Positions 1 to 11,847 of a stretch of DNA of 64,000 nt are shown piece after piece. The notes beneath the pieces were generated by a model. It was not told the DNA's origin. It ran no database searches and was given only the letters and a program-made list of their open reading frames with translations. The stretch's first letter is position 1. Each line of letters opens with the position of its first letter. Source of the stretch: Octopus sinensis (Eukaryota); contig NC_043002.1 of the NCBI RefSeq assembly GCF_006345805.1, positions 118,482,001 to 118,546,000 of the forward strand. The letters are read 5' to 3'. Made by a program: the position numbers and the translations under genes.

Positions 1-900
1 TTCTCCCTGGAATGTGGCAGAAGATGGTCTCTGTGCATTTTCAGTGTTTATTGCACCAGAGCATCTGCCACATACAAAAACTATATTCCTAGTTAGTCTT
101 CTTTTGACATTGCTGCACCTCTTATGTGTCCATAGCTTACACTTGGTGCATCTTATAGAGTTCCTACCTACGCCTTTTCTACAGAAGGCGTTTGAGATTT
201 GTCTACCTTCCTACTTATTAGGACTTTGGTTTTAGCTAGGTTGATTTTAAGGCCCATTGATTCTAATCCTTGCTTCCACGTCTGAAACTTCTCCTCCAGT
301 TCTGATAGTGATTCAGCAATTAGGGCAAGGTCATCAGCATAGAGGAGCTCCCAGGGGCATCCTGTCTTGAATTCCTCCGTTGTTGCCTGGAGGACTATGA
401 TAAATAGGAGGGGGCTGAGGACTGAGCCTTGGTGGACCCCAACCTCCACCCAGAATTCTTCAATGTACTCGTTGCCAACCCTCACCTTACTAACAGCGTC
501 CCTGTACATGGCACGCACAGCTCTCACTAACCATTCATCTATCCCTAGTTTCCTCATTGACCACCAGATAAGGGAACGGGGGACACTGTCAAAGGCTTTC
601 TCCAAGTCAACGAAAGTCAGGTACAGAGTTTTTTCTTTGGCTAGGTATTTCTCCTGCAGCTGTCTCACCAGAAATATGGCATCGGTGGTGCTTTTCCCTG
701 GCACGAAACCAAACTGCATCTCGTCCAGGTTGACTCTCTCCCTAATCAGTTGGGTTCCCTTTCCGTAACCTTCATTACCTGATCCAACAGCTTAATACCT
801 CTGTAATTACTTGTATCTAGGGCGTCACCTTTACCTTTGTAGCAGTTGACTATTATGCTGCTACACCAGTCATTGGGTATGACTCCTTCGTGTATCACCT
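1..900 (-). mobile_element. RTE-clade LINE fragment (RT domain), running off the window start
   Basis: ORF 168-719(-) has DLEKAFDSVPR, GVHQGSVLSPLLF and LLYADDL; nearly identical to the copies at 6268-6926 and 33470-34780. Confidence 0.92.
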
Positions 901-987
901 GTATGTATCATCATCATCATCATCATCGTTTAACGTCCGTTTCCGCGCTAGCACGCGTTGGATGGATAATATATATTTATATACATA

Positions 988-2420
988 CTAGCATTAAAGA
1001 CCCGTCATTGCCGGGTCATAGTGCTAGTGCATGTATATATGTGTATATATATGTGTACATATTACATGTACATCTATATATATACATCTACACATAAAAT
1101 ACAAAATACAAAGTTATATCTTGATATCGCTAGTGATAACAATACTCAAAATATATAACAGACTGGAATTGTTAGCCCATCTCTTGTAATTTCGATCAAT
1201 TGTATCTTGTCCTCCCTCTTGTATAGAAGTGTGGCTACAATTCAGCCTACCTTTAAAATAAAATATTTCCACTTTGCAAGGTTCGAGTTGAGTACTCCCT
1301 TGCATGCTCCGTTGACTCGAACCTTGCTTCTATTGTGGCAAATTTACTGCCTCTGATTAGATATCTTTCATAGTCGCACCAAGACACTTTTCGATGGTGC
1401 TTTCCTCCAGGTGTTCAAATCTTTTTTTTTCTCTACATTGTATACTTTATAGACAATAGTCTTTTCTTTAATTTAATTTTTTATTTCGTTTGGTGGTGTT
1501 ATCCTAGATTCACCGTCTTTGTCGGTGATCAATCCGAAATAGGTTTGTATTTCTTCCATTTTAATTTTAATGAGTTCGCCGTCCGCCGACGGCCGCAGCG
1601 AAATTCATTTTTGGACTTTCTTCTATTGAAGACATTTTAACAAAAATGCTTCTGTGTAAATGGTGAAAATATTGTCAATTTCCCCAAACAGGGACACAAT
1701 TCAATTTTTAAACAATAACCAAAGCTCCTTCTCCCAAAGGGGGAGGGTTACGGTTTACAATTATTTAACAAATGCAGCACAACAACGCTTTCCTTACGAG
1801 GAACCAACAAACGTGATAAGAATAGTTAAACAGAAATAATAATAACAACAAAAAAGCAGTACTCTGTTGAAGCTATAGGCCTTTATGGATCAGAAATAAA
1901 CCAACAGCGGTACTCAGTAGAAGCATCTTTCGTACAGCCAAACTTCATAGAGATACTTAATGCTAGCTAATTAGCAAATAATCTAATATAAAAGCCGTGC
2001 ACACCTCCATCTGGACTATTCCATTTCTGCACTTAAATTTTATTTTTTATTTATTCCCATTCATGTGAAACCATTGATTCAAGTTCAAGTCATTGATGCA
2101 ATGTTACGATTTAATTATTATATCATACTTTAGTTTGATTTTAATTATTAATTACTACATATAATTCAGTTGTTATTATTATCTCTAATTTTTATTGTTA
2201 AAGTGAAAGTATCTGACATAAAATAGAGAAATGTTTTTGTTTCACTTTTAACACGTAATACTGAAATAGGCAAGCGGTTGAACATTTTTTTTGCCCATGA
2301 AACTACATGGACCCTAAGTAAGGCATGTGTAAAATTTGAATGAAATTGGTTGTGTAGTTCTCAAGTTTTAGGGAAACACACAGACAGACAGACACACATT
2401 CTCAGTTTTATATATATAGA
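988..2420 (-). mobile_element. Probable non-autonomous Helitron
   Basis: Minus strand starts TCTATATATATAAAACTGAGAATGTGTGTCTGTC at 2420. A 3' end with a GACCCG/CGGGTC hairpin (999-1017) and CTAG is at 988-991. That the two ends belong to one element is inferred. Confidence 0.45.
1114..1610 (-). pseudogene. Decayed LINE ORF1-like (gag-like) 5' fragment, possibly Tx1/L1 clade
   Basis: Frameshifted reading MNFAAAV..ELIKIKMEEIQTYFGLITDKDGESRITPPNE..RFEHLEESTIEKCLG..YLIRGSKFATIEARFESTEHA; assignment is by resemblance only. Confidence 0.35.
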
Positions 2421-2436
2421 TATATATATATATATT

Positions 2437-2471
<35 letters not shown>

Positions 2472-2518
2472 TATATATAATGTGTATACATTTATACTAC
2501 TTATATATATATATATAT

Positions 2519-2585
<67 letters not shown>

Positions 2586-2666
2586 TATTTATATATATGT
2601 ACATATATATATGTGTGTGTATATATGTATATTATATAATTTCTATGTACATATATAATATATATA

Positions 2667-2900
2667 GGGAGATCTCAGTAAAACCACAGCACTTTACTGA
2701 GATCTCCCTTTTAGTAGAAAGAATAGCTATAACTCTTTGACTGCTATTTCTAAATTCGGTGTGTGGTGAGGCAAATCGCTGCTAAACCCTTAATTACTTA
2801 GTATTACTTAAACTTTCCTCGAATGAGGCTTTTACATGCCGAAATCTACTTGGTGAAATTAATGATTATTCCAAATTAATTAATTTCACCCTATATTATT
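2667..2900 (+). mobile_element. PLE-type terminal fragment with a short 5' fold-back (same family as 16305-16565)
   Basis: 16-bp inverted arms 2667-2682/2693-2708; the remainder closely matches 16362-16565; flanked by TA runs. Confidence 0.7.
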
Positions 2901-2923
2901 ACTGATATATTTATATATATGTG

Positions 2924-3339
2924 TACTCTTTTACTCTTTTACATGTTTCAGTCATTTGACTGCGGTCATGCTGGAGCACCGCCTTTAGTCGAGCAAATCG
3001 ACCCCGGGACTTATTCTTTGTAAGCCCAGTACTTATTGTATTGGTCTCTTTTGCCGAACCGCTAAGTGACGGGGACGTAAACACACCAGCATCGGTTGTC
3101 AAGCAATGCTAGGGGGACAAACACATACACACAAGCACACACACATACACACAGTTATATATATATACATATATACGACAGGCTTCTTTCAGTTTCCGTC
3201 TACCAAATCCACTCACAAGGCATTGGTCGGCCCGGGGCTATAGCAGAAGACACTTGCCCAAGATGCCACGCAGTGGGACTGAACCCGGAACCATGTGGTT
3301 GGTTAGCAAGCTACTTACCACACAGCCACTGCTGCGCCT
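2924..3339 (-). mobile_element. tRNA-derived SINE
   Basis: Minus-strand head AGGCGCAG..TGGCTGTGTGG (A box) and GGTTCAGTCCC (B box); (AAAAGAGT)n-like tail. Confidence 0.85.
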
Positions 3340-3353
3340 GTGTGTGTGTGTAT

Positions 3354-3395
<42 letters not shown>

Positions 3396-3409
3396 TATGT
3401 ATATATATA

Positions 3410-3774
3410 TACTCTTTTACTTGTTTCAGTCATTTTACTGTGGCCATGCTGGAGCACTGCCTTTAATCGAGCAACTTCTTTGTAAGCCCAGTACTTATTC
3501 TATCGGTCTCTTTGCCGAACCACTAAGTGACAGGGGCATAAACACACCAGCATCGGTTGTCAAGCAATGCTAGGGGGACAAACACAGACGCACAAACATA
3601 TATATATATACATATATACGACGGGCTTCTTTCAGTTTCCGTCTACCAAATCCACTCACAAGGCTTTGGTCGGCCTGAGGCTATAGTAGAAGACACTTGC
3701 CCAAGGTGCCACGCAGTGGGACTGAACCCGGAACCATGTGGTTGGTAAACAAGCTACTTACCACACAGCCACTC
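3410..3774 (-). mobile_element. tRNA-derived SINE, second tandem copy of the same family
   Basis: High identity to 2924-3339. Confidence 0.85.
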
Positions 3775-3943
3775 ATATATATATTATATATATATGTACA
3801 TATATATATTTGTATATATATATACTTATATATATATGTATATTCATATATTTATATATATATATATATGTATATGACCACCTGTATATCGTTGCTGATT
3901 TTTTTCCTCTGTCTTCCCTTCCTTGGATCTTTCCTTTTCCTAT

Positions 3944-3978
3944 GTTTCTGACGAAGAGCTCCACACGAAACGTTAAAT
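3944..3978 (+). ncRNA. Degenerate minimal hammerhead ribozyme motif in a PLE-like 3' fragment (about 3876-4080)
   Basis: GTTT-CTGACGA-AGAGCTCCACAC-GAAAC-GTT-AAAT; core intact, stem II mispaired. Confidence 0.55.
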
Positions 3979-4126
3979 CCTCCTTCTTTCTTTCCTTTCC
4001 TGAGCGTCCAATAACACTATACTTGTTCCACATCCTCGTGTTGTTGTGTTTCCTCTTTGTGTTTTCATGTTTGGATTAACTATATATATATATATATATA
4101 TATTATTATTATTATTATTATTATAA

Positions 4127-4217
4127 TATTTCGGAATGGTCATTTTGCAAGTTTAGCCAATAAAAACACACGCACTAATTTTATTGGCTAAACTGGCAAA
4201 ATGACCATTCTGAAATA
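4127..4217. repeat. Short fold-back (about 39-bp inverted arms), MITE- or PLE-like
   Basis: TATTTCGGAATGGTCATTTTGCAAGTTTAGCCAATAAAA versus its reverse complement, with 2 mismatches. Confidence 0.8.
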
Positions 4218-4291
4218 TAATAATATCTGTTCCAACACACGACTTCACATAAAAAATCTTGCACAACAAATATATATATATATATATATAT

Positions 4292-4677
4292 CATCATCAT
4301 CATCATCGTCATTTAGCGTCCGTTTTCCATGCTAGCATGGGTTGGACGGTTCTACTGGGGTCTGTGAAGCCAGAAGGCTTCATCAGGCCCAGTCAAATCT
4401 GCAGTGTTTCTACGGCTGGATGCCCTTCCTAACGCCAACCACTCCGTGAGTGTAGTGGGTGCTTTTTACGTGCCACCCGCACAGGTGCCAGACAGAGCTG
4501 GCAAACGGCCACGAACAGATGGTGCTTTTTATGTGCCACCGGCACGAGGGCCAGGCGAGGCTGGCAACGGACATGAAACGGGGCGGTGCTGGCAACGGTC
4601 GCGAAACGGAAGGTTCTCTTACATGCCACCGGCACTGGTAACACATCTGCAATTTCCATTGATCGATTTCCATTCTG
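4292..4677 (-). mobile_element. RTE LINE 3' UTR (5'-truncated copy) with (ATG)n tail
   Basis: Matches the 3' ends of the RTE copies at 10010-10175 and 32907-33280. Confidence 0.85.
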
Positions 4678-4765
4678 ATATATATATGTATGTATATTTC
4701 GATGATGATGATGATATATATATGTATGTATATTTCATATATATATATATTATATATATGTATGT

Positions 4766-4810
<45 letters not shown>

Positions 4811-4878
4811 TGTATGTATATTTCATATATATATATATATAATATATATATATATATATGTATGTATATGATATATAT

Positions 4879-4912
<34 letters not shown>

Positions 4913-4927
4913 GATTAGAATAGTGCT

Positions 4928-7900
4928 TCATAATAGATTAGCAACCATTATATCGGCCTATGCCCCTCAGCCAGGGCTACCCGATGGACAGAAAGACAGT
5001 TTCTATGACACCCTACTGCAGACCACCTCATTGACGAACGACAGGGACCTTCTCTTTGTGGCTGGTGATTTCAATGGGCATGTTGGACGACATGCTGGGG
5101 GCTTCCATGGCGTGCATGGAGGCTACGGTTATGGTTCCCGCAACGAGGAGGGAACCAGGCTGCTGGAGTTCTGCGATGCGAATAGTCTTATGATCTGCAA
5201 CACTAACTTCAGGAAACCAACACGCCACCTGGTCACCTACCGATCGGGCCAGCATACTAGCCAAATCGACTACATCCTCGCCAGAAAAAGGGAAAGATGG
5301 CTGCTTATAAATGCCAAAACCTTCCCAGGCGAAGAATGCACCCCACAACATAGACTGGTAGTTAGTGACTTTAGGATCAGGACTAAGAGGGCGACTAGAA
5401 GACGACCAACATGGAGAAGAAGGTCTGGAAGCTTAAAGACCCTGCGAATGGACAGAGATTTAGAGATATGTTACTTGAAGCCTTTGACGAAGTGGAAGGG
5501 GGTATAGCTACACATGGGGTAGAAGACAACTGGACGTTTCTGAGGGACAACCTGCTGAAAGCCGCTGACCAGATCTGTGGCTGGTGCAAAGTCCCCTTAA
5601 GACCCAAAATAACATGGTGGTGGAACAATATTGTTGATAGGGCTATTAGACAAAAGAAACAGGCTTGGAAGGCCTGGAAGAACGGTGGTAGCAGGGAAGT
5701 GTATCAGACTGCCAGAAGGGAAGCTAGGAGACAGGTCTATCTAGCCAGAGGGGAAGCAGATAAAAGAAAATTTGCCAATGTCCTGCGCCGTGAGGATGAA
5801 AGACTTGAGGTATTTCGTGTTGCAAGACAGTGTGTGAGAGAGAATCGAGATGTGGTAGGAGAGAAATGTGTTCGCATGGAGGATGGTTCACTTGCGCTAA
5901 ATGAGGATGCAAAGAGAGAAGCTTGGAGACGCCACTATGAAAGGTTGCTGAATGAGGAAAATGAATGGAATAAAGAGAGTCTGCCGAATGTTGACCCAAC
6001 AGAGGGACCAGCTATCCGAGTTGATAGTTCCGTGGTAGCTAAGGCAATTAGAAGCATGAAGACAGGGAAAGCCCCAGGCCCATCAGGAATTACTGCAGAG
6101 ATGCTCAAAATATCTGGTAGTGTCGGCTATAGCATAGTCACCCGTATAGTTAACCAGGTGTTACACGAAGGAGTCATACCCAATGACTGGTGTAGCAGCA
6201 TAATAGTCAACTGCTACAAAGGTAAGGCGATGCCCTAGATACAAATAACTACAGGGGCATCAAGCTGTTGGATCAGGTAATGAAGGTTACGGAGAGGGTT
6301 ATAGCCCAGTTAATTAGAGAGAGAGTTAGCTTAGATGATATGCAGTTTGGGTTCGTGCCAGGGAAAAGTACTACTGATGCTATATTCCTGGTAAGACAGC
6401 TGCAGGAGAAATACCTAGCCAAAGTAAGCCCTTGTACCTGGCTCTTGTTGACTTAGAGAAAGCCTTTGACAGGGTCCCCCGATCCCTTATCTGGTGGTCA
6501 ATGAGGAAACTAGGGATAGATGAATGGTTAGTGAGAGCTGTGCAAGCCATGTACAGAGACGCAGCTAGTCAGGTGAGGGTTGGCAACGAGTACAGTGAAG
6601 AATTCCGGGTAGAGGTTGGGGTCCACCAAGGTTCAGTCCTCAGCCCCCTCCTATTTATCATAGTCCTCCAGGCAATAACGGAAGAATTTAAGACAGGATG
6701 CCCCTGGGAGCTCCTATATGCTGATGACCTTGCTCTAATTGCTGAGTCACTATCAGAACTGGAGGAGAAGTTTCAGGTGTGGAAACAAGGATTAGAATCG
6801 AAGGGCCTTAGAATCAACCTAGCCAAAACCAAAGTCCTAATAAGTAGGAAGGTGGACCAACCACAAACGACTTCAGGTAGATGGCCCTGCTCGATCTGTA
6901 AAAAAGGTGTAGGTAGATCTCTATAAGGTGCACCAAGTGTAAGCTATGGACACATAAGAGGTGCAGCAATGTCAAAGGAAGGCTAACTAAGAAAATAGTT
7001 TTTGTCTGTGGCAGATGCTCAGGAGAAATGAACACTGGAAATGTGCAGAGACCAACTTCTACCACGTTCCAGGGAGACAAACTAGAAGTAGTTGATAGCT
7101 TCCGCTACCTAGGAGACCAAGTCAGTAGCGGGGGTGGGTGTGCTGAAAGTGTAACTGCTAGAGTAAGAATAGCCTGGGCAAAGTTTAGAGAGCTCTTACC
7201 CCTGCTGGTGACAAAAGGCCTCTCGCTAAGAGTAAAAGGCAGACTATATGATGCGTGTGTACGTACAGCCATGCTACATGGTAGTGAAACATGGGCCGTG
7301 ACAGCTGAGGATATGCGTAAGCTTGCAAGAAATGAAGCCAGTATGCTCCGATGGATGTGTAATGTCAGTGTTCATAATCGTCAGAGTGTAAGTACTTTGA
7401 GAGAAAAGTTGAACCTAAGAAGTGTCAGTTGTGGTGTGCAAGAGAGACGGCTGCGCTGGTATGGTCATGTGACGAGAATGGATGAAGATAGTTGTGTGCA
7501 AAAGTGCTACACCCTAGCAGTTGAGGGAACCTGTGGAAGAGGTAGACCCAGGAAAACCTGGGACGAGGTGGTGAAGCACGACCTTCGAACTTTAGGTCTC
7601 ACCAAGGAAATGACTGAAGACCGAGTCCTATGGAAGTGTGCTGTGCATGAGAGGACCCGGCAGGACTAGTCAGGCCATATCCCGTGGCCCCTACCTGGGA
7701 TGTAGTCGATCCACCTGTGCATACCTTCCTTGTGACACTTGTGAAGACCTGCTGAGGCAAGTGAAAATCAATCAAAATAGATGAACATCAATGGAATTTG
7801 TATCTTGTGGTACCAGTGCCTATGGCACACAAGAAAACCATCCGAACGTGGCCGTAGCCAGTACCGCATCGACTGGCCTCCGTGCTGTGGGAACATGGTG

Positions 7901-10175
7901 GCACATAAAAACACCATCCGAAGACCCGGCAAGACTAGTCAGGTCATAACCCGTGGGCCCTACCTGGGACGTAGTCAGTCCACCTGTACATACCTTCCTT
8001 CTTGTGACACTTGTGAAGACCTGCTGAGGCAAGTGAAAATCAATCAAATCAAAACAAATCAAAATAGATGAACATCAATGGAATTTGTATCCTTGTGGTA
8101 CCAGTGCCGGTGGCACACAAGAATCCATCCGAACGTGGCCGTAGTCAGTACCGCTTGTGGTACCAGTGCCGGTGGCACACGAGAATCCATCCGAACGTGG
8201 CCGTAGTCAGTACCGCATCACTGGCCATCGTGCTGTGGGCACATAACAAACACCATCCGGTCGTGGCCGGTACCAGTGCCGGTGGCACACAAGAATCCAT
8301 CCGAACATGGCCGTAGTCAGTACCGCATCACTGGCCATCGTGCTGTGGGCACATAACAAACACCATCCGGTCGTGGCCGTTCGCCAGCCTCATCTAGCAC
8401 CTGTGTCGGTGGCACATAAAAAACACCTTCCGAAGACCCGGCAAGACTAGTCAGGCCATAAACCATGGCCCCTACCTGGGACGTAGTCAGTCCACCTGTG
8501 CATACCTTCCTCCTTGTGATACTTGTGAAGGCCTGTTGAGGCAAGTGAAAATCAAAATCAAATCAAAACAAATCAAAATAGATGAACATCAATGGAATTT
8601 GTATCTTTGTGGTACCAGTGCCGTGGCACACAAGAGAAAACCATCCGAAAGTGGCCGTAGCCAGTACTGCATCGACTGGCCTCCGTGCTGTGGGCACATG
8701 ACAACACCATCCGATCGTGGCCGTTCGCCAGCCTCATCTAGCACCTGTGTCGGTGGCACATAAAAAACACCATCCGAAGACCCGGCAAGACTAGTCAGGC
8801 CATAACCCATGGCCCCTACCTGGGACGTAGTCAGTCCACCTGTGCATGCCTTCCTTCTTGTGACACTTGTGAAGACCTGTTGAGGCAAGTGAAAATCAAA
8901 ACAAATCAAAATAGATGAACATCAATGGAATCTGTATCTTTGTGGTACCAGTGCCGGTGGCACACACTTTGTGGTACCAGTGCCGGTGGCACACAAGAGA
9001 ACCATCCGAACGTGGCCGTAGCCAGTTCCGCATTGACCGGCCTCCGTGCTGTGGGCACGTAACAAACACCATCCGATCATGGCCGTTCGCCAGCTCATCT
9101 GGCACCTGTGTCGGTGGCACATTAAAAACACCTTCCGAAGACCCGGCAAGACTAGTCAGTCCACCTGTGCATACCTTCCTTCTTGTGACACTTGTGAAGA
9201 CCGGTTGAGGCAAGTGAAAATCAAATCAAATCAAAATAGACAAAATAGATGAACATCAATGGAATTTGTATCTTGTGGTACCAGTGCCTGTGGCACACAA
9301 GAAATCCATCAGTGCTGTAGTCAGTGCGGTGGGCACATGACAAACACCATCCGATCGTGGCCGTTCGCCAGCCTCATCTAGCACCTGTGTCGGTGGCACA
9401 TAAAAAACACCATCCGAAGACCCGGCAAGACTAGTCAGGCCATAACCCATGGCCCCTACCTGGGACGTAGTCAGTCCACCTGTGTGCATACCTTCCTTCT
9501 TGTGACACTTGTGAAGACCTGCTGAGGCAAGTGAAAATCAAAACAAATCAAAATAGATGAACATCAATGGAATCTGTATCTTTGTGGTACCAGTGCCGGT
9601 GGCACGGGGCACATAAGAAAACGTGGCACCATAAGGAAAAGTGGCCGTAGCCAGTACCGCATCGACTGGCCTCCGTGCTGGGCACGTAACAAGCACCATC
9701 CGATTGTGGCCGTTTGCCAGCCTCATCTGGCACCTGTGTCGGTGGCACATAAAAAACACCATCCGAGCGTGGCGTCTGCCAGCCTCATCTGGCACCTGTG
9801 TCGGTGGCACATAAAAAACACCATCCGAGCGTGGCCGTCTGCCAGCCTCGTCTGGCACCTGTGTTGGTGGCACATAAAAAACACCATCCGAGCGTGGCCG
9901 TCTGCCAGCCTCGTCTGGCACCTGTGTCGGTGGCACATAAAAAACACCATCCGAGCGTGGCCGTTTGCCAGCCTCGTCTGGCACCTGTGTGGTGGCACAT
10001 AAAATCACCCACTACACTCTCGGAGTGGTTGGCGTTAGGAAGGGCATCCAGCTGTAGAAACACTGCCAGATCTGACTGGACTGGTGCAGCTTTCGGGCTC
10101 CCCAGACCCCAGTTGAACCGTCCAACCCATGCTAGCATGGAAAGCGGACGTTAAATGATGATGATGATGATGATG
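4928..10175 (+). mobile_element. Near-full RTE-clade LINE: partial APE endonuclease, RT, PHD-like finger and C-terminus (stop at 7669, several frameshifts), with a tandemly expanded 3' UTR ending in (ATG)n
   Basis: ORFs 4923-5507 (GDFNGHVG, SQIDYIL), 5411-6238 (KAPGPSGI), 6268-6926 (YADD) and 7028-7669 (RRLRWYGHV..RGRPRKTW). Confidence 0.95.
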
Positions 10176-10188
10176 ATATATATGTATG

Positions 10189-10234
<46 letters not shown>

Positions 10235-10262
10235 ATTATATATATATATATATATATGTATG

Positions 10263-10309
<47 letters not shown>

Positions 10310-10649
10310 ATTATATATATATATATATATGTATGTATATTTTATATATATATATATGTATTTTATATATATATATATATGTATATATATATGAAATATA
10401 CATATATATGTATATATATGAAATATACATATATATGTATATATATGAAATATACATATATATGTATATATGAAATATACATATATATGTATATATATGA
10501 AATAACTATATATGTATATATATAAAAATATACATATATATATATATGTATGTTTTATATATATACATATATATGTATATTTTATATATATATACATATA
10601 TATATGAATATATAAATGGAGTTTAATGCAGGTGTAAATCAAAATTTTT

Positions 10650-10733
10650 ACTTTCGACACGTTTCGAAAATTCCACTGATACTATTTAAAAGAATAAATG
10701 GTATAAACAATGCAATCTTCTCTTCAGGAAAGT
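10650..10733 (-). ncRNA. Minimal type-I hammerhead ribozyme, intact core
   Basis: Minus strand ACTTTC-CTGAAGA-[G..55 nt..C long stem II]-GAAAC-GT-GTC-GAAAGT; 6-bp stem I, G10.1-C11.1 pair, GUC cleavage triplet. Confidence 0.8.
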
Positions 10734-11119
10734 GAAGAAGACGAAACTCGTCAATAAGACATTTTAGCAAAAAATGATAGATTTGTATAGTGATTAACTG
10801 AACGCTTATGAAGGAGACAGTATAAGCACGTTTAGTCTTTCCGAAGGATTTGGGTAGAAAGGTAGATTCTCTTTTGTCACGTGTCAGCGACGAGAGAATA
10901 TTCATGAATACGTCACTAACCAAAATAAGTGGATCTATTGTTTAGGAAAATACTATTTACTTGTTTAAGAGTTGTACTGGATAAATTGCAAAAATAACTC
11001 TAACAGTTCAAATACTAAGAAATAAGCATATTCAGTTTGATTTATACCAAACGATTTAGGAAAATGAATGGATTATTGCCCTTTGCTGTTAAAATGAAAT
11101 ATATTAGATATATATATAT

Positions 11120-11301
11120 AAGGATCACTTCCAGGGCCCCTATTATCAATTTTTTCAACGATCTGAGTATTCTTGAGGTTTCCAGACATAAGTTCTACTC
11201 ACGTGTCAAGTTTCATCAAAATCGATAAAACGATGTAGGAGGAGTTAGCTAACAACTCCACAAACAAACACACAGACAGAATTTCCCACGTATGTAGTAG
11301 A
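11120..11301 (-). mobile_element. Helitron-like non-autonomous 5' fragment
   Basis: Minus strand TCTACTACATACGTGGGAAATTCTGTCTGTGTGTTTGTTTG, the same 5'-TC plus microsatellite layout as 37982. Confidence 0.5.
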
Positions 11302-11349
11302 TATATTTATTTATATATCTATGCATTTATCTTTATATCTATCTGTATA

Positions 11350-11379
<30 letters not shown>

Positions 11380-11382
<3 letters not shown>

Positions 11383-11595
11383 TCTGCAGAAGACTGACTG
11401 GGAGGAAGTAGGTTAAAGAGGTGTTCAACACTTGAAAAGGCACATATTCTGCATGAAGAACTTAAGTGTGCTGCCCAAAAGCATACTGCTGGTGTAGTGA
11501 ATGGGGAAAGCTTGGTCTGCAATGTTTGCAGTCGTGTATGCTTGTCAAGAGCAGGGCTCATTAGCCACCAACGGAGCCGCAAATGCAAAATATAT
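11380..11595 (+). mobile_element. BovB-like RTE C-terminal relic
   Basis: Reads ..GESLVCNVCSRVCLSRAGLISH.., a terminal C2H2-like finger of BovB-type RTEs. Confidence 0.6.
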
Positions 11596-11847
11596 GTTAG
11601 GCCTATATATATATATATTTATACATATATACATATTTATACACACACACGGAGTGGTTGGCGTTAGGAAGGGCATCCAGCTGTAGAAACATTGCCAAAT
11701 TAGACTGGAGCCTGGTGCAGCCTTCTGGCTTCCCAGAACCCCGGTCGAACCGTCCAACCCATGCTAGCATGGAGAACGGACGTTAAACGACGATGATGAT
11801 GATGATGATACATATATATATATATTTATATTTATATATATTTATAT

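Noticed and set aside
7670-10010. Repeat array superficially like CRISPR
   Set aside because: Units are LINE 3' UTR sequence with no unique spacers; eukaryotic context, no cas genes.
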